Source: Bacteroidales bacterium (lineage in GTDB: Bacteria > Bacteroidota > Bacteroidia > Bacteroidales > JACABE01). From it: a DNA stretch of 64,000 bases. The first letter of the stretch is position 1. Each line of letters opens with the position of its first letter. A program made the position numbers and the translations under genes. The notes under the pieces are model-generated. The model saw nothing but the letters and a program-made list of their open reading frames with translations. It did no database searches and was not told the origin of the DNA. The stretch is taken from positions 27,788 through 91,787 of the forward strand of contig JBMOKG010000008.1 of assembly GCA_049315385.1 (NCBI GenBank), given 5' to 3'. Positions 40,851 to 50,247 of the stretch are shown piece after piece.

Positions 40851-41798
40851 CTATTTACTTTCTTTTTCTTTTTCTTTTTCTTTTTCTTTTTTTATATCCA
40901 AAGGTAAAACACCTGCCATTTCACCAATCACGTTTACTATTTCTGAACCTGTTGGTATTATTATTTTTGCGTTTGTTTTGAGTGAATTTTCCATGGCTTC
41001 AAGTTTACGCATAAGTTGTGCATTGCCAATAAAATATTTATCGGCAGCTTCGTTCACTAATTTAATAGCTTCTGCTTCACCTTCAGCATGTAAAATCTTG
41101 GATTGTTTATAACCTTCAGCTTCTTTGATTTTAGCACGTTTTACACCATCAGCTACAGTTTCAGCAGCAGTGGCATAGTCGATGGCAGCAATTTTTTCAT
41201 TTTCAGCTTTAACCACCTTATTCATGGTTTCCTGTACATCTTTTGGGGGGTCAATTTCCTTTAATTCGGTACGGACAATTTCAATACCCCAACTTTTAGT
41301 TTCTTCACACAAGGTTTTATGCAATTCTGCATTAATCTTTCCACGTTCACTATTTGCTGATTTCAAAGTCATTGTGCCGATGATATTACGCAAGGTCGTA
41401 CGTGCAAGGTTTACAATCTGCCATTTGTAATTATTGACATTGTATTGAGAATTCTTTACACTATCTTCACTTTCTGTTACTTTAAAATATACCTGTGCGT
41501 CTACTCGGGCATTCAGATTGTCGTTGGTAATTATTTCCTGAGGTTCTGCATCTACCATTTGTTCAGTTGTATTAACCAAAAACATACGGTCGATAAAAGG
41601 AATAATCCAGTGAAAACCAGGATTGGCATATTCATGGTATTTTCCAAGTCTTTCTATTAAACCTCTGTGAGTAGGTCTGATAATTCTTACACCTAAAAAT
41701 AATAAAAGTAATACTGCGATTACAATAAATAATACTGTTGCTTCCATTGATACCTCCATTTTTTGTTTTGTTAAAATATGTTTAATTAATTGAAACAT
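40851..41798 (-). CDS. SPFH/band-7 (stomatin/prohibitin-like) membrane protein
   Basis: One TM helix, then an SPFH core (IIRPTHRGLIERLGKY ... NLARTTLRNIIG). The C-terminal tail is (KE)n. The start is uncertain: the track start is TTG, with ATGs at 41798, 41759 and 41747. Confidence 0.85.
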   Translation of the reverse strand: MFQLIKHILTKQKMEVSMEATVLFIVIAVLLLLFLGVRIIRPTHRGLIERLGKYHEYANPGFHWIIPFIDRMFLVNTTEQMVDAEPQEIITNDNLNARVDAQVYFKVTESEDSVKNSQYNVNNYKWQIVNLARTTLRNIIGTMTLKSANSERGKINAELHKTLCEETKSWGIEIVRTELKEIDPPKDVQETMNKVVKAENEKIAAIDYATAAETVADGVKRAKIKEAEGYKQSKILHAEGEAEAIKLVNEAADKYFIGNAQLMRKLEAMENSLKTNAKIIIPTGSEIVNVIGEMAGVLPLDIKKEKEKEKEKESK

Positions 41799-41978
41799 CA
41801 AAGGTAGTATATTATATGATATATATCATTTTACAAACAAGATTTTTATTAATTTATAAAAGGCTATTGGAGGGTGGGCAGAATAATGATGGAATAGCTT
41901 CGCATATAGGATTATACGAATTTGCAAAAGAAAATTTAAATATTCAGTCAAATGATTTTAAGAAGGAAAGCAAAAAAC

Positions 41979-42017
41979 TATAAAACCAAAAACGGACTTA
42001 CAAAAAAAAGTCCGTTT
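41979..42017 (-). terminator. rho-independent terminator downstream of the GatE-like gene
   Basis: 10-bp stem AAACGGACTT / AAGTCCGTTT with an 8-nt loop. On the minus strand it is followed by TTGGTTTTAT. Confidence 0.65.
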
Positions 42018-42110
42018 ATGGTTTTATCAAGTTTAAGTGTGCAATAATTGCACTTTCTTAAGAAAGAATAAATGGCATAATATTATTTCTTTTTATTTCA
42101 TTTTCGCCCT

Positions 42111-44102
42111 TTAAACTTTTGTTTTTACAACTTTATTCCCTTCGACCAGTTTTTTTAAATCTTTCATACTTATATTTCCAATTGCCATTTGTTGCAATTG
42201 TCCCATAATCCAATTGGTTTCGTTTTCTTTAATTTCGTTAAAACGAATCGTAGAAAATTTTTCTCTCAGAAAAGGAATATGTTTCGTTATGTCTTCTTTA
42301 CTAATTTCTTTAAATTTAATACTTATCAGAACAGATTCCATATCCATTTTAGGATGCACAAAAATTACCGGCATCATCTTTTTAGCCAGTTTCAAATCGT
42401 ATTTATTCTTAAGTAGAAATGAAAATAAATCATAAATCATTTCATAACTAAACTCACGACCTTTTTTGTAATGCCCTTCAACATATTTAATGAAGTGACC
42501 AAAGAAAGTAGCAGTCAAAACAGGATTAATTTTTAATTCTTTAACGATTTTTTCAATTAAAGGGAAAAGATTCTTCTTAAATATATAAGTGTAAGTATCT
42601 TCGGGAACATTCCATGCTTTAAGTTGCTCATAACGGGTGATTACTTCAGTTGGAATATTTTTCTTTAACGATTCAATATAAGTTTCTTCCAATGGAATCG
42701 GTTTGGAGTCAGTATCCGGATACATTCGATCAGCACCAGGTAAAACACGTTCGAAAATAGTTGTACCATCAGCAAAAGATTTACGGGTTTCTTGAGGAAC
42801 GCCTTTAAAAGCCATATTACAACGTTCTTCTATAGTATCTATAGCAGTTTTAATATCTGCTTCAGGTCCCCAGAATATGATTTGAGCATCAGCATCACAA
42901 GCTTTGAAAATTTTACGGATGTAACTCTGGTCATCGCCTGCAATTAATGCATTCAATTCTTCTGAATGCGTCATATTTGGAATATCAATACATGCAATAA
43001 CTTTTAAACGTTCGCTTATTTCATTTGCAAACATCTTATCAGGTTGAGTAAAATAAGATAAAATACCTTTAAATTTAGGCAAATTAACTGCATAAATTTT
43101 ATATCCTGCTGTTTTAGCAGCTTTTATAGCATCACAAGGGAATTGCAAAGCATAGAAATCAAGTTCTTTAACTTCCATTTCCCAAGCAGGTTTATCTTTA
43201 ATTCTTTGTTGTAAAGTTTCACGAATTTGCAATAATGCCCATTGACGAAAACATTCATTATGTGTCAATTCAGGTATCCATTTAGTATGTGCAACACCTT
43301 TAATTTCAACACGTGTACCACCTTTACAACTAACATTCACATCCTGTCGGCCAGCACCAATGCCTGTTCTGACTTTATTTGTAGAACGATTGAGAAAGCG
43401 AATGTAATTGCAGGCTTCCATTACTTCATCAGGATTCATCATCTCAGGATAGGTTACTGTTTCTATCAAAGGCATGCCCAATCTGTCTGTTCTGTAAATT
43501 CTTGTATGCCCAATATCTGAAATTTCACGACAAGAATCCTCTTCAATACTAAGTTGTATTAATCGGATTTTTTTATTTTTCAAAGGGATTTCACCTTCTA
43601 CACCAATAATAGCAGTTCGCTGAAATCCTGCAGGAATACTTCCATCAAGATATTGTTTACGGGTAATATGTACTTCTCCGACAAGACTTAATTTTGATAA
43701 CATCGAAATTTCAATTGCAATACCCAATGCTTCCCGATTTATAGGAAATGGAGGTGTATCATCTACATCATAAGTACAGGTAGTTTCGTTTTTAATACGA
43801 TAAATAATTTCTTTTCTGGTTTTGAACTCCATTAATGCAGTTCCGTCATATTCTCCTAATTCGCTAAGTGTTGGCCTCATGTGACGCACAACTTCAGCAT
43901 CCCAAACTTTTGCTTTTTGAAAAATACCTGCAGGACAATGACAAAATAATTTTTCTTTGGTTAAAAGTTGTTGATGAACTTCCAACCCAGACATAAATCC
44001 AATTTTTGTATATGTTTCCTGATTAGCTTCTTTACGAGAAACATAACCGACTTTACGTTTTGATTCTTCGTAATTTTGTTTAGGATCGAAATGATTATCC
44101 AT
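42111..44102 (-). CDS. GatE-like (archaeal-type Glu-tRNA(Gln) amidotransferase subunit E family) protein
   Basis: 663 aa. N-terminal GLEVHQQLLTKEKLFCHCP, MRPTLSELGEYDGTA, DDTPPFPINREAL and RKQYLDGSIPAGFQRT match my recollection of GatE rather than the ~480-aa GatB. No GatD-like gene is adjacent. Confidence 0.65.
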   Translation of the reverse strand: MDNHFDPKQNYEESKRKVGYVSRKEANQETYTKIGFMSGLEVHQQLLTKEKLFCHCPAGIFQKAKVWDAEVVRHMRPTLSELGEYDGTALMEFKTRKEIIYRIKNETTCTYDVDDTPPFPINREALGIAIEISMLSKLSLVGEVHITRKQYLDGSIPAGFQRTAIIGVEGEIPLKNKKIRLIQLSIEEDSCREISDIGHTRIYRTDRLGMPLIETVTYPEMMNPDEVMEACNYIRFLNRSTNKVRTGIGAGRQDVNVSCKGGTRVEIKGVAHTKWIPELTHNECFRQWALLQIRETLQQRIKDKPAWEMEVKELDFYALQFPCDAIKAAKTAGYKIYAVNLPKFKGILSYFTQPDKMFANEISERLKVIACIDIPNMTHSEELNALIAGDDQSYIRKIFKACDADAQIIFWGPEADIKTAIDTIEERCNMAFKGVPQETRKSFADGTTIFERVLPGADRMYPDTDSKPIPLEETYIESLKKNIPTEVITRYEQLKAWNVPEDTYTYIFKKNLFPLIEKIVKELKINPVLTATFFGHFIKYVEGHYKKGREFSYEMIYDLFSFLLKNKYDLKLAKKMMPVIFVHPKMDMESVLISIKFKEISKEDITKHIPFLREKFSTIRFNEIKENETNWIMGQLQQMAIGNISMKDLKKLVEGNKVVKTKV

Positions 44103-44240
44103 TACTGTTGATATTATTTGAATGATGCTGCAAAGCTAATCAATTTAGTTTTATTGCCAAAAGAAGAGTTGAGAAAGTTTGTGAAAAAAGAAAGAAGTAA
44201 TAATAATATATAACGAAGATTCAAAATGAGAGATAGATAC

Positions 44241-44292
44241 AAAATCCATAAAAAAACCGTTGGATTTCTTTTTTAAGAAATCCAACGGTTTT
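44241..44292 (-). terminator. strong rho-independent terminator downstream of the PepSY-like gene
   Basis: 16-18-bp perfect stem AAAACCGTTGGATTTC(TT) / (AA)GAAATCCAACGGTTTT. On the minus strand it is followed by TTTATGGATTTT. Confidence 0.75.
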
Positions 44293-44394
44293 AGAGAAAA
44301 TTAATCTTGATAATTCTTATAAGTCAAATAGAAAATTGAGTGATCTAACTGCAGTTATCAGCTAAATATTTGCAATTTAATATCATACGACACT

Positions 44395-44868
44395 CTAATT
44401 TGCTTTTTTAATCTCTTCAACTTTTTTTACATCATCAGCAATACGAAGAAAATTATTAGACGCATCAAAAAATAAAGTCATATCAGGCTTTTTCTTTTTC
44501 ATTGTGACTACTTCATAAATTCTTTCGCCAGTGTTTTTATCAAGAAAACCAATTTCTTTAATTTTATAGCCAGCATAAAACTGAGTTAAATAATCTTTAA
44601 TTTTTTGCGGAGCGAATTCTATACCTATTACCCATTTTGTTTGTAGCCAGTTATTGTTTTGATATTCAATTTCCATATTGCTGCCATCACTTATAAAACT
44701 AACTTTAATTATTATATTATCTTTCACCCAGATTGCTTTTTCTGCAGCAGGGAATCTGGTCTTTAAATCAGCAGTAAGTTGAGCTGGAACATCATTAACC
44801 GCTAATTTCTGAGCAAATAAAATTGTTGAAAATAGCATGGTAAGCAGAAATAGATTAATTTTTTTCAT
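44395..44868 (-). CDS. secreted PepSY-like (putative beta-lactamase-inhibitor-like) domain protein
   Basis: Signal peptide MKKINLFLLTMLFSTILFAQ. The two-repeat architecture with VPAQLTADLKTRFP resembles the PepSY-like family common in Bacteroidota. Confidence 0.6.
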   Translation of the reverse strand: MKKINLFLLTMLFSTILFAQKLAVNDVPAQLTADLKTRFPAAEKAIWVKDNIIIKVSFISDGSNMEIEYQNNNWLQTKWVIGIEFAPQKIKDYLTQFYAGYKIKEIGFLDKNTGERIYEVVTMKKKKPDMTLFFDASNNFLRIADDVKKVEEIKKAN

Positions 44869-45063
44869 GGTTGTGTTTATTTAAATTACTGAAATACTAT
44901 TTATTATGAGATATTATTGTTTTCTTTTTTAAGTTTATATTAAGATTTAGAAAAATTTAATTCAAATATTACCGAAATGTCATGGTAGATATTTGATTTA
45001 TATTTTATTATATAATGCAAACTTACATGATTTTATTCTAAAAGTTTACGATTTTAAGAATTT

Positions 45064-45846
45064 TTATAAAAAAGTTTTAAATAAGGTTTTAAAATCAAAC
45101 ATACCTAAAAGCTGTGTAGATGTAATTAATATGATGATGATAATTATCCAGCGAACAAAATTAGCACCCCAACTTACAGCAAATCTGGAAGCTATATATG
45201 CTCCAATGATATTCCCGACAGCATGAATTAATCCATATTCATAATTAATCTGTTTATTATAAACAAAAACTAATAGTGTAAATGGAGCATACAATAAAAC
45301 GATAAATACTTTTAATGCATTGGCTTTTACAAGATCATAACCTGAACCTAAAACCAGTCCAGCCAGTATAAAATAGCCGACACCTACATGTATGAATCCA
45401 CCGTAAAGACCTATCAGAAAGAAAATTATATATTGTAAAAAAGATGTTTTCTTTTCAACAAGATGTTGCTGTCCATTGAGCCATTGTTGTGGTTTGTAAA
45501 CTATAAATACCATCATTACCAGCATGATGATTGCAATAGCTTTTTTAAATATATTTTCATTAATATCAACTGCAATTTCTGCACCTATAAGAGAACCTAT
45601 AACTGTTGGAATTCCAAGGATAAGTCCTTTGCGGGAATCTAAAACCTTTTGTCTTTTAAAATTTGCAGACGAAGTAAGTGTTTGAAGAATTATAGCTATT
45701 CTGTTAGTTCCATTGGCTACACCAGCTGGTAGTCCTAAAAACATAAACAAAGAAATTGAAATAATGGTTCCACCACCAGCAAGTGTATTTATAAAACCTA
45801 CTAGTAAACCCGAAATTATCAATGCTATTACAACAATACCAGACAT
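45064..45846 (-). CDS. TauE/SafE family sulfite-exporter-like permease
   Basis: 260 aa with about 8 TM helices and Gly-rich helix starts (LAGGGTIISI, GANGTNR) typical of TauE/SafE. Confidence 0.75.
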   Translation of the reverse strand: MSGIVVIALIISGLLVGFINTLAGGGTIISISLFMFLGLPAGVANGTNRIAIILQTLTSSANFKRQKVLDSRKGLILGIPTVIGSLIGAEIAVDINENIFKKAIAIIMLVMMVFIVYKPQQWLNGQQHLVEKKTSFLQYIIFFLIGLYGGFIHVGVGYFILAGLVLGSGYDLVKANALKVFIVLLYAPFTLLVFVYNKQINYEYGLIHAVGNIIGAYIASRFAVSWGANFVRWIIIIIILITSTQLLGMFDFKTLFKTFL

Positions 45847-46056
45847 TTTGAAAGATTATTTACAAATAAATAATAAAATAAATTTTATTTACAAACTATT
45901 TAAACAACATTAATTCAACTAAAAAGCTATTTATTCTATGATATTAACCTAATAAAATCTGATTCATCAATGGCTTTTCCTTTGAATGATAATATTTTGC
46001 AACTAAATTTACGTAAAAAGGAGCTTAATAGCTATATTAACCTTTTACTTTAATCA

Positions 46057-47841
46057 TTAAATTTTCTCTCTTAATTTACTATGCTTATTACCATATGCAA
46101 AATACAAAACCAAACCTACAAAAAGCCATATCAAAAATCGCAACCAATTTGTAATACCTAACTCTGTCATTAAGTACAAATTAGTAAGTAAACCTAATAC
46201 AGGTATCAGGGAAAAACTTCTAATTATTGCTAATACTGTAATGACTCCGGCGATAATGATAAACCCAAACATTGGAATCTGATGTTTGAAAGTATTCCAA
46301 AAACCATTGTTATGATATTGAACTCCACTAAAATCGAAAAAACGGAATACACCTTCAGCATTTAGATAAAATAATGCGAAAAGAACTATTATCCAAATTA
46401 GAGGTAATAAAAAACGACTGTTAGCATAAGGGACTCGATAACTTCCTTCATGTTGTAATGTATTACCCAGCTTTTTTGTATCCATAATTAACACTCCACC
46501 CGAAACCAGAACAAAGGCAAATAAAGTTCCTATACTTGTTAAGTCAGTTACTTCAGTCAGATTTAAAAATAAGGAAGGTATTGAAACAATAATGCCTGCA
46601 ATAATGGTAGCAAAAGCAGGTGTTCTGTATTTGTGATGTAATTTAGAAAAACGTTTTGGTAAAAGTCCATCCCGGCTCATACTCATCCAAATTCTTGGTT
46701 GACCGACCTGAAAAACCAGCAATACACTTGCCATAGCAATAATAGCACTGACTGCAATAATACCCGATAAACGGGTCAAATGCAATTTCGCAAAAGCATA
46801 GGCTAAAGGATCTCCAACTCCTAGTTCGGAGTAACTGATCATTCCTGTAAGCACAAGACTTATAAGAACATAAAGCACAGTTGTTATAGCAAGTGCATAA
46901 ATCATAGCCCGAGGTAGGTCTTTCTTGGGATTTTTGCATTCTTCAGCAGTAGTTGAAATGGCATCAAACCCAATATAGGCAAAAAACACACCAGCTACAC
47001 CTTTCATAACACCACCAACCCCATTAGGTGCAAATGGAGACCAATTTGCAGGATCAACATAAAAGGCACCTACACCAATAACTAGTAATAAAATAGCTAA
47101 TTTCAAAATAACCATAATATTACCGGCAACTTTAGTTTCGTAGATTCCTTTATAAACTAAATAAGTGATAAAAACAACAATAGAAAAAGCAGGAATATCG
47201 GCAATTAATCTAATTCCAAATATTTGTGGAGCATTGTGCCATGCAGTGTATGCTTCCTGAATACCTCCGTTTAACTGAAGGTAAGGAATTCCTTGTTGTA
47301 AACTTTCAACTGCTTTATGATAACCTCTTGAAGCACTTAGAAAATCAGTACTCATATATTCGGGAATCTTCATCCCGATACCATTCATCAGTCCAGTGAA
47401 ATAATCAGACCATGAAATAGCTACTGCAATGTTGCCAACCGCATATTCCATTATTAAGTCCCAGCCTATTATCCATGCTATTAATTCCCCAAAACTTACA
47501 TATGCATAAGTATATGCACTTCCACTGATTGGAATACCTGAAGCAAATTGAGCATAACACATTGCAGAAAAGCCACAGGCAATAGCTGTAAACACAAATA
47601 ATAAGGAGACTGCAGGTCCGCCGTTAACAGCAGCAGTTCCAATAGTGCTAAAAATACCGGCACCAACAATTGCCGCAATTCCTAATGCAGTTAGATCCCT
47701 GACGGTAAGGCTGCGTTTCATGCCTGAAGTTCCTTTGGCTTCGATATCAGCATGATGGAATATCATCTGAATTGATTTACGACGGAATAAATTTTTCAAG
47801 GAGTTTAATTTTGTATCGCAAAAATAGCTTTTTTTATTCAA
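46057..47841 (-). CDS. APC-superfamily amino acid permease
   Basis: 594 aa. LFRRKSI ... LGIAAIVGAGIFS resembles cationic amino-acid transporter N-termini, and there are more than 12 TM helices. The track start is TTG; an alternative TTG at 47799 would give MKNLFRRKS. Confidence 0.85.
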   Translation of the reverse strand: MNKKSYFCDTKLNSLKNLFRRKSIQMIFHHADIEAKGTSGMKRSLTVRDLTALGIAAIVGAGIFSTIGTAAVNGGPAVSLLFVFTAIACGFSAMCYAQFASGIPISGSAYTYAYVSFGELIAWIIGWDLIMEYAVGNIAVAISWSDYFTGLMNGIGMKIPEYMSTDFLSASRGYHKAVESLQQGIPYLQLNGGIQEAYTAWHNAPQIFGIRLIADIPAFSIVVFITYLVYKGIYETKVAGNIMVILKLAILLLVIGVGAFYVDPANWSPFAPNGVGGVMKGVAGVFFAYIGFDAISTTAEECKNPKKDLPRAMIYALAITTVLYVLISLVLTGMISYSELGVGDPLAYAFAKLHLTRLSGIIAVSAIIAMASVLLVFQVGQPRIWMSMSRDGLLPKRFSKLHHKYRTPAFATIIAGIIVSIPSLFLNLTEVTDLTSIGTLFAFVLVSGGVLIMDTKKLGNTLQHEGSYRVPYANSRFLLPLIWIIVLFALFYLNAEGVFRFFDFSGVQYHNNGFWNTFKHQIPMFGFIIIAGVITVLAIIRSFSLIPVLGLLTNLYLMTELGITNWLRFLIWLFVGLVLYFAYGNKHSKLREKI

Positions 47842-47943
47842 ATGCTACATTACAGTTGATTTTTAATGAATATTTTTCACTTTTACTTTTAAATGTGTAA
47901 TTTTGTGGGTAAATAAAAATATAAATTTTAAAGATTCTGAGAT

Positions 47944-48630
47944 ATGAAAATATTTTCATTCGTTTTTTTATGTTTCTTCTTCAGTAACTTTGCTTTTTCT
48001 CAAGAAGATAAAGCAGATTATAATGATGATTATTGGAGCTTCGGGACTAAAGATGTTGCAGATTTCTATACTTCTGAAAATCAAAGCGAAACAACAGAAT
48101 TTAAAGGCCATATTACAATTTATCCTGTAGAAATTAATATAAAAGGAAAAGGTAATTTTATTAATGGCAAAAAAGACAGTATATGGACTGGCTTCTATAA
48201 TAATAATAAACCTTATTTTACTGAATGGTATAATAAAGGGAAATTAAAAAAAGGCATCAGTTATGATATATCCGGTAAACAATTCACTTACAAAAAAGAA
48301 ATGCAAAGTGCAAAACCTCTGTATGGATGGGATGATTTTATTAACTATGCCCAAAACTATTGGAATAGAGTATCCGTCTATATTGAAGAAAAATACCCTG
48401 AAAATTTTAAATTATTAAAAAATCGTGAAATTGAAGTCAGCTTTTTTATTTTAATAAACGAAAAAGGAATCGTTGATATTGGAGATATTTCAAATGGAGC
48501 AAGTTATGGTTTTAATAAAACAGCTGCTGGAAAAATGCTGTCAAATTACAAAAAAAAATGGCTACCTGCTCTTTTTAAAGGACAAGCCAATTCTTCAAAA
48601 GTAAAATATACTGTTTATCTGAAATTTTAA
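47944..48630 (+). CDS. secreted protein with MORN-variant repeat and TonB C-terminal-like domain
   Basis: Signal peptide ending FAFSQ. WTGFYNNNKPYFTEWYNKGKLKKG resembles YwqK/MORN repeats. C-terminal KKWLPALFKGQANSSKVKYTVYLKF resembles TonB_C. Confidence 0.5.
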   Translation: MKIFSFVFLCFFFSNFAFSQEDKADYNDDYWSFGTKDVADFYTSENQSETTEFKGHITIYPVEINIKGKGNFINGKKDSIWTGFYNNNKPYFTEWYNKGKLKKGISYDISGKQFTYKKEMQSAKPLYGWDDFINYAQNYWNRVSVYIEEKYPENFKLLKNREIEVSFFILINEKGIVDIGDISNGASYGFNKTAAGKMLSNYKKKWLPALFKGQANSSKVKYTVYLKF

Positions 48631-48702
48631 ATATAAAAACTCAAAAATAGTCCAACTAGTTAAATGGAGAATTTGTAATTTTATTTTACAACCTTATTAT
48701 TT

Positions 48703-49503
48703 ATGTTAACATTATTTATTGTAAACCTTCCCAAATTAAGAATTCTTGATATTATTGATATTGTGCTTGTTGCATACCTTTTTTATGAATTGTACAAATT
48801 AATAAAAGGTACTGCTGCTATAAATATTTTTGTAGGTATTATTTCAATTTACCTTATGTGGAAATTGGTTAGAGCTCTTGAAATGGAATTACTTGCCGAA
48901 ATATTAGGTCAATTTATCAGTGTTGGAGTTATTGCATTGATTGTCGTCTTTCAGCCTGAAATACGAAGATTTTTACTTTTATTAGGTACTCCCGGATTCA
49001 TTAGTAAAAAACCTAAACGTTTTTTGTTTTGGAGAATAGATATTAGTAATGAAACCAGTTTAAATATTGATCCAATCATTCAAGCCTGTCAGAAAATGTC
49101 ACATTCAAAAACAGGTGCTTTACTCGTAATCACAAATAAAAACGAATTACCTACTTTTGTTAATTCCGGTGAAATTATTGAAGCCAATATTTCGAAACAA
49201 TTGTTGGAAAATATTTTTTTCAAAAACAGTCCTCTTCATGACGGAGCTGTCATTATTGTAAGTAATCGCATCAGAGCAGCCAGGTGTATTTTGCCTGTTT
49301 CTGGAAACAGAAATATTTCACATGATCTGGGATTACGTCATCGTTCAGCAATGGGTATTACTGAACAATCAGATGCTATTGCAATTGTAGTTTCTGAACA
49401 AACCGGTAAAATTTCATATTGTAAAAAAGGTGAACTGACAATTGACATTCAACCTTCTCAACTTAAAGACTTTTTGGAAGAAGAGTTTAATATTACAGGA
49501 TAA
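48703..49503 (+). CDS. cdaA: diadenylate cyclase CdaA
   Basis: Three N-terminal TM helices plus a DAC domain (TGALLVI, PLHDGAVII, GLRHRSAMGITEQSDAIAIVVSEQTG). Confidence 0.92.
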   Translation: MLTLFIVNLPKLRILDIIDIVLVAYLFYELYKLIKGTAAINIFVGIISIYLMWKLVRALEMELLAEILGQFISVGVIALIVVFQPEIRRFLLLLGTPGFISKKPKRFLFWRIDISNETSLNIDPIIQACQKMSHSKTGALLVITNKNELPTFVNSGEIIEANISKQLLENIFFKNSPLHDGAVIIVSNRIRAARCILPVSGNRNISHDLGLRHRSAMGITEQSDAIAIVVSEQTGKISYCKKGELTIDIQPSQLKDFLEEEFNITG

Positions 49504-49665
49504 CCCATGACAGACATAGGATTGCTGTTTTTATATGTTACTGAGAATTCATTATTTGAGTTTAAAAATCATTTAGTGTGTATTTATACAAAGCTAAGAT
49601 CGTTATTTTGATTTTTTTCTGAACATCAGAAATAAGTTAAAACAACAAATTAAATTTCAAATTTC

Positions 49666-50121
49666 CTATTTCTTAAAAATTTCTTCCAGCTTTTGTTTAC
49701 GGAATTCGAAAATTTCAATTAGTTTTTTTTCAATGATAAAAGTATTGGCTATTTTTCCTAAAATACCAAATGGTGGTCTGTAATTCAATATATCTGTCAT
49801 TAAAACGCCATCAGTAGTTTCTTTAAAATGATGTTCGTGGTGCCAGAAACTATATGGACCTTGCTGTTGAACATCTATAAAAAATTCTTTATCCTTTACA
49901 TGCGTTATTTCAGTTACCCATTTCATCTTAAAACCTAAAACCGGGCTTACTGTGTATGCAATTATCATTCCTTCATACATTTTACCCGGAAGATCCGGAG
50001 TAATAACATTAAATCCCATATAGGATGGAGTTATCTTTTGTAAATTATCAGGTGATGATACAAAATCCCAAATTTCATCTAATGAAACAGCTAGTGTTTG
50101 AATTCGTTTAAATGTAAACAT
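49666..50121 (-). CDS. SRPBCC (START/polyketide-cyclase-like) family protein
   Basis: The track start is TTG. The ATG at 50121 gives MFTFKRIQTLAVSLDEIWDFVSSP, typical of SRPBCC proteins. Confidence 0.7.
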   Translation of the reverse strand: MFTFKRIQTLAVSLDEIWDFVSSPDNLQKITPSYMGFNVITPDLPGKMYEGMIIAYTVSPVLGFKMKWVTEITHVKDKEFFIDVQQQGPYSFWHHEHHFKETTDGVLMTDILNYRPPFGILGKIANTFIIEKKLIEIFEFRKQKLEEIFKK

Positions 50122-50185
50122 ATAAAAAATTAATTTGAGTTCATTAAACAATTATTTCTGATATTGGTTCTGAGATTCTTGAAAA

Positions 50186-50229
50186 TAGAAATAAAAAAGG
50201 CTGTCTGAACCTTATCTTCAGACAGCCTT
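50186..50229 (-). terminator. rho-independent terminator of the giant T9SS gene
   Basis: 13-bp stem AAGGCTGTCTGAA / TTCAGACAGCCTT with a 7-nt loop. On the minus strand it is followed by TTTTATTTC. Confidence 0.75.
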
Positions 50230-50247
50230 GAGAATTTTATACTTAGA

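Noticed and set aside
46643-47678. Minus-strand ORFs 46643-46939 and 47496-47678.
   Set aside because: They are alternative frames inside the APC permease CDS.
49616-49632. Palindrome TTTCTGA-ACA-TCAGAAA between the convergent cdaA and SRPBCC genes, considered as a terminator.
   Set aside because: It has only a 7-bp AT-rich stem and a 3-nt loop, with no U-tract on the 3' side in either orientation.
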